Of a DNA stretch of 64,000 nucleotides, positions 53,927 to 64,000 are shown piece by piece. A program made the position numbers and the translations under genes. Each line of letters starts with the position of its first letter. Within the stretch, counting starts at the first letter, position 1. The stretch is from Chrysomallon squamiferum (taxonomy: Eukaryota; Animalia; Mollusca): NCBI GenBank assembly GCA_012295275.1, contig CM022665.1, positions 5,890,001-5,954,000 on the forward strand, read 5' to 3'. Under the pieces are notes generated by a model. That model was not told the origin of the DNA. It worked only from the letters and a program-made list of their open reading frames with translations, and searched no databases.

Positions 53927-54815
53927 CCAAGATGTATGTGAATGAGAAAAAAATATATATTTTAGAAATTCTATGTTGATTTTTATAGTTTTTCTTCAGC
54001 ATCTATATTTTCTTACTTTTTGTTTTAGATTTGAGATTGTTAAAAAAAAAAGTAATATACTTTTTCTTTACTTTTTTTATGTAGATTGTATATTTTTTAT
54101 TATATTTTTATTTTCTTCTATGACCTGCTGAAAACCTTCTCTATGATGATTCACCGGAGTATAAACTTGCAATGACTAACGAAATAAAATCTGTGTTTAC
54201 AAATCTTTGTTATATTTATTTTATCAACAGCCTTAATTCTAAAATTATTATTTCTTTATTTTTTTATATATATATGTTAAATCAGTTTTACTTTCTTTTT
54301 CTTTTTTCTTTCTTTTTTTATTTCTTTATTTATTTTAAGATTTAAAATATTTATTTTGTCAATAAAGTAATTTTTGGATTTTAATAATAATTCAGTTAGT
54401 AACTAAATAACATGAAGAAAACATTTCAGTTGTACCAGTTCACCTTGGCAGACATTCATTATCAATTAGGTTTGGGGATTGGAAGGAATTTGTGAGATTT
54501 TTTTCTTCGACTTTTCTTTTGTTTTGAAGGTGTAAATTTTGTTACTACAACATGCAAGTGTTAAATTCTTTATTTCTTTGAATAACAGGCTAAAATACCA
54601 AGAATATAAATTACACTTATCATTGCTGAATTTTAAATTAATTTTTTTTTTTTTTTCTAATTTATGATTTAGATATCTGTTCTGCCTATATATATAATCC
54701 ATTTTATTATTATAAATAAATAACAGCAAAAGCCAATTTTAGGTATTTTTTGGATAATGCATTAAGAAAATATTTCAAAGTAAATGAAAAAATATCTTTT
54801 TTTACTATTTTTTTT

Positions 54816-54846
<31 letters not shown>

Positions 54847-55656
54847 GATTGTGTGTGTGTGTGTGTAAATGTTTTGAAAAAATTGAAATAAATTGGATAG
54901 GATACAGAATAATAATAATAATAATAAGTACTGGGACCACGTCAGTAGATAAAACACGCACGCTTGAACCGCTACAAATGTGTTAATTGTGTGATAAAAA
55001 AAAAGTCTGAATATCATTCTCTTTAGTATATCTAATTTTAAATTTATTTTATTTTATTTTTTGTGTGTGTGTGTGTGTGTTTCTTTTATCACTGTATTTT
55101 GTTTGTTGGTGTTTTTTGTCAAATCTTAACGAAGTATAACAACAAAAAGCAGTTTAAAAACGTGGTCGCCATCTTTCTATAGTAACGTCATCTAAAGATC
55201 TTACTAATAACACAGTACGCCAGTTACACTTTAATCCTGACTGCCCTAATACTGAAATTGTTTTGTTTTATTTTAAACATTTGTACTATGAAGACAGTTA
55301 CGATGATATCAAGAATCACACTACATACCTTTGTCATGAATATAACAGCTGACAGGTCAAAGATCAACCGTGGCAGACTTGCTTGAACCTAACGTAAACC
55401 TGGATTTTTCTACTCAGTATTATTTGATCAACATAAACTCTGGTTCTAGTTCATGTGTATCAACATTTGACTTGAAAAACTAACAACAGAGAGTCAGAAT
55501 TCGCGACCCTTCGATTTTTACGATACGGTTGCACTTCATTCGAGACTCCCCACAAAGCAACATTTTGACCGTAAATATCTGCATGGGGCCATTTTATTTT
55601 TGATTTAATTTTTGTAAGTGGTGTGATTTGGAAGGGGGTTGCTTATTATAATAATA

Positions 55657-55691
<35 letters not shown>

Positions 55692-55701
55692 CATCATCAT
55701 C

Positions 55702-55733
<32 letters not shown>

Positions 55734-56358
55734 TTTTTCTTTTTATTTGATTTTTTAAAATTTATACCACAGAATTTGATCCTATTTTCAAACACCAATT
55801 TTTTTCAACACTTAATTACTAATTATACACCACGATGCGCAGTATAATTTTAAACCAAAATGTTACGTGTTTACGAAAGTTATCAATTAAACATTGCCGC
55901 TGAGCCACTTGTTAGAAACTGTTATCTAAATTCGTTTCAATGAGTAACAAATACATAAAATCTCATAAGAAAATGAATTCTAAGCTGTTTTCTTGCGTTT
56001 TCGTCTTCTCTAAATTGCAGTTTGCTTTAGGATGCTATAAACATCACAGTAAGTTGATTGGAATTTCTTTGGTCATATTCCCAGACTTGTGAAACAGCAA
56101 TAGTATTGTTTTTTTTATTGAACGCTAAGCATGGTAAACGATTCTTGCCACATTTGCTGTCTTTTATATCAGGGTGTGTTAGTTTTGCCAAGCTGTAAAT
56201 AGAAAATTGTTTATTACTACAAAATGAATAATTGCTGGTTGTTCTGTTTTCAGTTACGTGCACAAGAGAAGATATATTGTACATAAAAGGATTTTTTTTT
56301 TTTTAAATATTTTTATTTAAGCTTAATGATATTTCCGCATTGCCTCATCACCATTTGT

Positions 56359-56389
<31 letters not shown>

Positions 56390-56479
56390 AACAGTTTTAT
56401 TTTCAAGACTGTTTACAAGGATTTAACGTTAATCCAGCATTACTATATTAAAATGCCGTATATAATTAGGTACCTCACG

Positions 56480-56519
<40 letters not shown>

Positions 56520-57377
56520 TTGTGTTTCTTTTTATTTCTTAAAAAAGAAAAGAGTAAAAATTACCTTTGCAGATAGTTTACTTAGGTTTCAAAGTTATAT
56601 ACTGGAAATTTTACCTTGTGAAATAAAAAAAATAGTTTGCATGCTCGATCTGAAAGTACAAATTATTACCCATGAGTCACGGGCATTTATCTTGAAAGCT
56701 TTAGATATACCATTTACATTCTTTGCCTGAATAGATCGGTGTGGGAGAAAACGTCAAACAACTTGGTTCTAAATGATCCGTGGAATGCATAAATTACTTG
56801 TTAAAGACAAACTGATTCAAATTCTCTTGAAAAAAAAAATGTATATATAATAATAGTAGCTCTAAATAGAATATGTAACAATACATTTTCTTTTCTTTTT
56901 ATTATTATTTTTTTTATTTTTTATTTATTTTATTTTATTTTTATTTTATTTTTTTGTTCATTGTTAATGACATATACCTATTTCTTTACAGAATGTATAT
57001 CTATTATCCTTGGTATGCATTTCATCCACAAAATAAAAATAGATAGTTTGTATATGCGTAGTTGTTTTGTTTTATTTGCTGTTGTTGTTTCAGTTTGTTT
57101 TGTTAGATTTTACTTATTTATTTATTAATTTGAATCAAATGATAAATAATTGCAAACAGAATAAGGTAGTTATCAAGCTTTCACTACTATACTACTATTA
57201 CAGCCACTACTCCTACTGTGCCACTACTACTTCTACTACTACTACTTATAATAATCATAATAATATCATTACCACCAGTAACGCTATTACTATTACAAAG
57301 GCTGTTGCCTTAAAACATTAAATGAACCTGAACTGCAACTTTCTTTCACCTATTTGGTTTTTGCTGTTTAATTTATT

Positions 57378-57408
<31 letters not shown>

Positions 57409-57527
57409 TTTTATTTTATTTTATTTTATTTTATTTATATTATTTTATTTTTTGTTGGTTATTATTATTGTAATAATATTAGAGGCAATAGCAGTTGTAA
57501 AAGTAACACCGTTAGTGGTGGCAATGA

Positions 57528-57570
<43 letters not shown>

Positions 57571-58125
57571 TTATCTAAAAATAAAATAATTTTCGCTTGA
57601 ATCTCTTGGTGAATGCAGATGAACAGTATATGTGGTTTTCTGTCAAGATCTTGCATCTGTTACCAGACTTATCTCACTCTAAGAGACAATAAAGAAAACT
57701 CCCTGAGGCTACCGCGTGCACTTCGCCGTAATAAAAAGTCAATTTACCTAGAAAGCGATTTTGCCAAACTGACTGCACTCGAAAGAAATAGCGGCTGGTG
57801 TCAGACAAATAAACTCATCTCTGACCCTGTTATAATTCGACATCTCTCAGATCAGTGATCGGATAGGACGCGAAAATCCAATACTGAACTGACGATGTGT
57901 GTAAACTGTCCATTATTCCATTATCAAACTATCAGAAGAATTTTGCTTCCTTTTGGGAATGTTATTCAAGAAATAACGAGTAAATTGGGTTCGTGATTCT
58001 GATGAAATAATGCATTAAGAGGGTCATGGGTTCAGCAGCCTGGAAAGTAAATCAAACATTTGTGTAATTCCCAGCGTCCGCATCTTTGTTGTCTGTTATT
58101 TAAAATGGTCTCATTTAGTTTGGGA

Positions 58126-58127
<2 letters not shown>

Positions 58128-58202
<75 letters not shown>

Positions 58203-58280
58203 AGGAGGGAGGGAGGGAGGGAGGGAGAGTGGTCGGGAGTGAGAGAGAGAGAGAGAGAGAGGGAGGGTGGTCGGGAGTGA
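58128..58280. repeat. (GA)n / GGGA purine-rich tract
   Basis: Directly visible. Confidence 0.9.
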
Positions 58281-58370
58281 GAGAAAGTAAGACGGTGAGG
58301 GGAGAAAAAAGAGAATGTAAAAAATATAAAGGAAGTCAAAGAGAAAGATGATGGCGAGATAAACAGCCAG

Positions 58371-58413
<43 letters not shown>

Positions 58414-59699
58414 CATGAAGAGAAAATTTTGTCTATGATCTAAATATATGAGTGTATATACAGTTCACCGATTATAATTTGTTGTATTTTAAAACGATTG
58501 AAAATTTTTAGTGTTTAAAAGAATTTTTTAAATACACAAGACGAAAGAAAACAGTGTACATATGTATACACCGATATTATTTCTTGAAAATTTCTTTGAA
58601 ACACTGAACAAATTTACTGCGCTAAATTTCAAATTATCACTTGATAATTAATGACATGACCCCCGTAACTCAACAGTTTTAAAATATTTTATTTTGTTTT
58701 GCATTAAACGTATGTAAGCAGTTCGATAACAGATAGTCGTTCCTGGCTCTCGTTTTCTGTTAATAATATTAGAAAGTGTTAAAAATTTAATCAGTCTCAA
58801 TGCATCTCGACATATTACTGCGAACACATGGACACTGACTGTAATATGATTTTTTTTTTTTTTTTTTCTTTCTTGATGCTGATTGTACGCAGAAAGACAC
58901 TTTCTCTGATGAAATAACTCAGTCCGCAGAGATATATTTCTGACACCAGGACTTTTCTTTAAGTAAGAATAATTTCATTTCAATGTAACTACAACATCCA
59001 TTCCATTCCCTAAATAAACCAGTGCACAGCTGTTTCTGTTTTTAATAAGCTAATGGAAGTACAGTCGAAAGATAATTTCACTATTGGTTAGACGTTACAA
59101 ATGAATTTCATTCCTTAAAAATACTGTCTTCAGACAAAAACTGAACATATTTAAAATCACAGCAACGAAAATAAAAAACCTGAACATAAAAGCCAGACAT
59201 GTGGCGTTGGTGAGGCGGCGGTAGTGGTGGTGGTAGTAGTAACGGTTGAAATATTTTTACGATTACAAACACACATCAATAAACACACACAAGATCTTTC
59301 AGTTCATCAGTCCATCTAGCCCTCTGACACACCTTACGTACTTGTATTTATTTATAAAATTAATAAAATTAATTTTGAAACCAGTGCTTAATAACGTTTT
59401 AAAATTTTAGCTTATCCATAAGCAGTCGCTTGTCACAGTTTCGTTATGAATAATGTATGTTACGACAGACAGTATATTGTATGAAAGCTGCATTCACTGA
59501 CACTTCAAGTACAGAAACATGACACATAATACAAATTTTATCACACACTGTGAAGTAAAGGAAGTTAATCCAACTTTTATTTCTAATAAATGACATCTGT
59601 TAGTACCATTAATGCACTCCATAACACGTCTGCTGTCATTCCTACCGTTACAACTGTACAGATTACGACCATTATACTCCTGCTACTATTAATTCTATT

Positions 59700-59908
59700 A
59701 TCTCTGCTGCTGCTACTACTACTGCTACCACTACTACTACTTGTACTGCTACTACTATCACTACTACTATTACTACTGCTGTTGTTTCTAATATTACTAT
59801 TAACTCTTTTGCCACAAATCCTACTAGAAATCACTACTACTATTACTAACTGCTGCTGTTTCGAATATTACCGCTAACTCTTTTGCCACAGTTCGTACTA
59901 GAACTCAC
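59700..59908. repeat. (CTA/CTG)n tract followed by a two-unit ~75-bp tandem repeat (taactcttttgccaca...tactagaa.tcac)
   Basis: Directly visible; explains the poly-Leu and poly-Ser ORFs in the track. Confidence 0.8.
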
Positions 59909-60167
59909 GCAAGCACTTAATTAATGAGTTGCTTGCTTATGTACATTATGAGTTGCATACCGCTGTGTGTGTAAATCGTCCTTTGTCAAAAATGTTTTAA
60001 AAAAAAAAAAGAAGAAAAAAAAAAATCAGGTGAGTGCACCTAACACAAGCACTGCTGTCTAGACTGCAGTCTCGTAAAACCAAGTCTGTCAGAAGCTGTA
60101 ATAACCTTGGAATGTCGAGTGTCGATCTCATGTTATTAATTTCCTCTGGCGTTCCTATCCACCAGTC

Positions 60168-60188
60168 TTTATTATTATTATTATTATA

Positions 60189-60259
<71 letters not shown>

Positions 60260-60450
60260 TATCATTATTTTTATTATTATTACTATTATTATTATTATTA
60301 TTTTATACTGTTATTATTATATTATTGTTATTATTATTATTACTATTATATTATTGTTATTATTATTATTATTTTTATTATTATTATTATTTTTTTTAAA
60401 TTATTATATATTATAACTATTGTTGTTGTTGTTATCATTATTATTATTAT
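60168..60450. repeat. (ATT)n microsatellite field
   Basis: Directly visible. Confidence 0.9.
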
Positions 60451-61397
60451 TTCTCTACCCATAATCAAAACAGTGACATTTTCACGAGGTATCTGCCGTT
60501 TCCTGTTATACATTATAGATATATGTACATGCATGTATAACAAATGTGTATATCTATATTTCAAAAGACAATATAAAAATATGCATTGTTACTGCAAGTT
60601 TAATTTTTCTTTTTCTTATCCTCTCTTTCTTTGATAATTAATGAAATCCAGTAAACGGGTTATACCAGAATTTCTCTGTCCCGTTTCCAAACAGTTATTG
60701 TACTACAGAAAAACAAAGATGACAGGAAAACAAGAAGTATAGAAAGAGAGGAAAAACGTGAATTAAAATGCCAGCTGCTAAGATAATTGAAAGCAGTCGA
60801 CTTGTTGTGTGAAATTTACTTCTTGCCTGCTAATTAGTTGTTTTGTTTCGCAGCCAAACACAAATTGCAGCAAAGAAACACAGCGTGACCGGCCCGCGAT
60901 GTGATTTATTTTTCAAACACATTACACAACGTAAATAAACAACATTTCTCATTACTTCACACGGTTCTGAGAGACTTTGATGTGTATGTATGTATTAGTT
61001 TGTTGCCAGTTCCTGATTGCCCGCATATGACTTGAACATTTTTGTACAGAGTTGATTGTATAGGTGAACTTTTCAAATTGTTTATTTGTTGTTGTATTTA
61101 AAAAAAATAATAATAATAATAATAAATTTAAAAAAAAAAAATTAACTATGCATATTGCATTACACATGCTGATCAAGATTAGTTAATGTTTGCGAACATT
61201 TTATTGCCACCCGATTCCTCAAGGGTTATACAACAGTTGAATCTGGTTTAAGACGTTTTAGAGAAAAGTTAGTAATTACGTGTTTTGAGCTAGCGGTAAC
61301 TGAAAAGCCGAGTGAATGTGTGGATGCAGACAGAGCTACAGTTATAAAATTACATCACAGATCATTACATCATACATACGCACACGCACACGCACAT

Positions 61398-61441
<44 letters not shown>

Positions 61442-63077
61442 ACATATAATGCTGATAGATAAATACTAACCGAAATAGCTCCAACAAAACACATTACTAC
61501 AAAAACATTCAAATATCTAAGACGAAATACACTCAGCGGCTGCCATACTTCTACTAATCTTTGGCTTAATCTTTTCATACCGCTGCATGTACAAACATAC
61601 ATCTGAATTATCTGCTATTCGGAATTGTGAACGTTGTAATCAAAACAACATTACTTTGTGAGTTTATATTGATTTTGGAAGGGTTTACGTTTGGGTTTAG
61701 ATGTGTGGCAAAAATACAAACAAACACACACACACACACACACACACACAAAGAAAAGAAGAGAGAGTGAAAAAGTGTGTGAAAGAAAGAGAGAGAGAGT
61801 TCTGTTTAAAATAGTGTACGTTGTTCAACACTGTTAGGTAATGTAATACAATAGTGTTTGACGCATTCACCTTGAAGGCAAACGTTACACGTAAAGAAAT
61901 TCGACATCACGTATTGTGCAGGCCATTCCTAGGTAACGTCACAACCGCTGCCACGTTACAACTTCTCGTGTGCTTTTGATAAAAGATTTATTATCAGAGT
62001 TTTCTTTTATCATTTGTCACGCATCACTTTACCAAACCTCACCAGTGAATTAGGAACACGTGTAATCAGAAACCAATCACGTAGAAACACATTGCTTTAA
62101 ACAGTCTAAAAGATTTACCATTATCGCTACTCGGAAGACCATAATGTCTTAACACTGGCGAAACTTGTTTTAATTTGTGTTATAACAGTGACTGCACACG
62201 TTCACAATTTGTTGCAGTTAAGACGCGATGATTAAATTATCTGTCACAAACAGTGGCTAATAGCACTTATTGTGTTTAATGCAGTAAAACGCTGTCCGCT
62301 TGACAGTAAATGACATCGTGTTTCCCATTGTAAATTTTCGTCAGAAGCGGTACAGCTACGTCTCCAGTGAAAAGCCCCTAGGCTGTGATGTAACTGTTGG
62401 TGCATTATGGGTGTACAGAACAAATTCGCTTAGGTCACGGTGACACTGTGAGACATTTTGTCCGAATAGATTTATGTTATTTTTTTTTTTTTTTTGTTAT
62501 TTATTTATTCTCTCTAGATTATTCCATTTTAAAGGAAGTTGACGTGCAGTTTTAAATTATATCAGAGAGAGTGACAAAAGTCGTATATCGACAGGTTATA
62601 TTCCATTTCTTAGAAAATTAAAGAACAGTTTGACTAATTTCGTTTTTTTTTTTTTTTTATTATTATTTTTTTATTTATTATTATTATTATTATTTTTTTT
62701 TTCATATATAATGATGGTTTCAACGGTGTGGTTAATTATAAAATTAATGGGTATATCTAAAGAAAAAAAAAAAAAAAAGAGTATCTAGTTGGAGCATATG
62801 CTTATCCAAAAATTGGGTCGCTGATGCAGAACAATTCGTTATCATATATTGTGTTAACTTCTAGAAGCGTTTTGGTTTCTCAGTTGTCATGTTTACGATA
62901 GTATCCGGACAGGTGAGTTTTTCATTTAGTAAGTAAATAAACAAAGTAGTCAACGATCGTGTATTTTATTTGTTTTGACGTGAAAACCAGCACCAGAAAA
63001 TTACATTTCAAGTCCCAGTAAAGCACGACTGTCATCTTTCTTTCATAAGTTATTGACTTATTTTGTTAATTTAAAAA

Positions 63078-63121
63078 ATAATAATAATAAAAAATAACAA
63101 ATAATAATAATAATAATCATA

Positions 63122-63154
<33 letters not shown>

Positions 63155-63157
63155 ATG

Positions 63158-63195
<38 letters not shown>

Positions 63196-63219
63196 AATTA
63201 ATTAAAAATTTAAAAATAC

Positions 63220-63310
<91 letters not shown>
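63078..63310. repeat. (TAA)n/(TGA)n and (CT)n microsatellites
   Basis: Directly visible. Confidence 0.9.
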
Positions 63311-63314
<4 letters not shown>

Positions 63315-63684
63315 GTGTGTTCTCATTTTTTTATCTAACTGTATCTGCAAATGATGTTCCAGTGTATACATGTAGGCAGTTTCAGTTTACCGTTTACAAA
63401 AACAGATTACTATTTACTGATTAGAAAGTTCGGTTAGTCTTTCAACAACACTTGCCAATTCAGTGCTTACTGCACAGAATTAGATTTTTTTTATGTTGCA
63501 GTTACTGTGCAGATTCGGCAATATAACACTAAGAGAGGCATAAATAATACACAGACAAAGACATGAAAATATATTAGTTTTATTGCTTCTGTCTGTACAG
63601 CGTCGTGTGTTTTAGAGATTGGTTAACTGCAGTATATTATCACGTAGCAGTCAAATATCAGATATATATATATATATATTCCAA

Positions 63685-63836
63685 CCAGACAGGCAGGCAA
63701 ACAGACAGACAGACAGACATATTGACTGACTGATAGACAGAAACACAGACAGACAAACAGACAGGCAGGAAGACAGACAGACAGACAGACACTGATGTAG
63801 ACACTGACAGACTGACAGATAGACATATATACAGAT
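63685..63836. repeat. Degenerate (GACA)n tetranucleotide repeat
   Basis: Directly visible. Confidence 0.85.
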
Positions 63837-64000
63837 AGGTACGTTTTTAAATTAAAAAAGTAATAATAATTTTCTGTATATTCAGTTTTGATTGTTATTG
63901 TTTTATTACTATTATTATTAGCTTTAACGATTATATTATGGAAGGCAATAAACAGAACTTTTAGATAAAAAGATACTTTACAAACAGCTGCTCCTTCTAA

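Noticed and set aside
54120-54185. SECIS-like ATGA...AA...GA pattern
   Set aside because: No proper helix II, and no in-frame UGA selenoprotein in the window.
59583-59877. Poly-Leu and poly-Ser ORFs resembling membrane proteins
   Set aside because: Translation artefacts of the (CTA/CTG)n microsatellite.

Overview
AT-rich, intron-containing invertebrate animal DNA, probably a mollusc or other lophotrochozoan (inferred from composition, microsatellites and protein divergence; not provable here). Positions ~2.6-52.8 kb hold ten housekeeping genes arranged as five consecutive head-to-head pairs: POLR2G/CHAC2, NAA80/ARMT1, KPTN/PNO1, KAT5/POLR3F and SLC25A45-like/NAA20. I reconstructed all ten exon by exon from GT-AG boundaries and reading-frame phase; protein identities are from remembered sequences, not a database search. 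Introns carry decayed DNA transposons (Tc1, Tigger/pogo, a Sola-like MITE, and a ~1 kb TIR element in two copies). The last ~11 kb has no recognisable protein-coding gene and is microsatellite-rich. The most unusual signals are intragenic self-complementary elements: a 53-nt antisense copy of POLR3F exon 8 just behind the intron 6 donor, a 256-bp inverted repeat bracketing NAA20 exon 5, and a long-range duplex joining the NAA20 stop region to its putative distal poly(A) region. Also seen: a U12-type intron in NAA20, a candidate poison exon in KAT5, a pre-miRNA-like hairpin downstream of NAA80, and a 1-nt frameshift in the SLC25 carrier gene.
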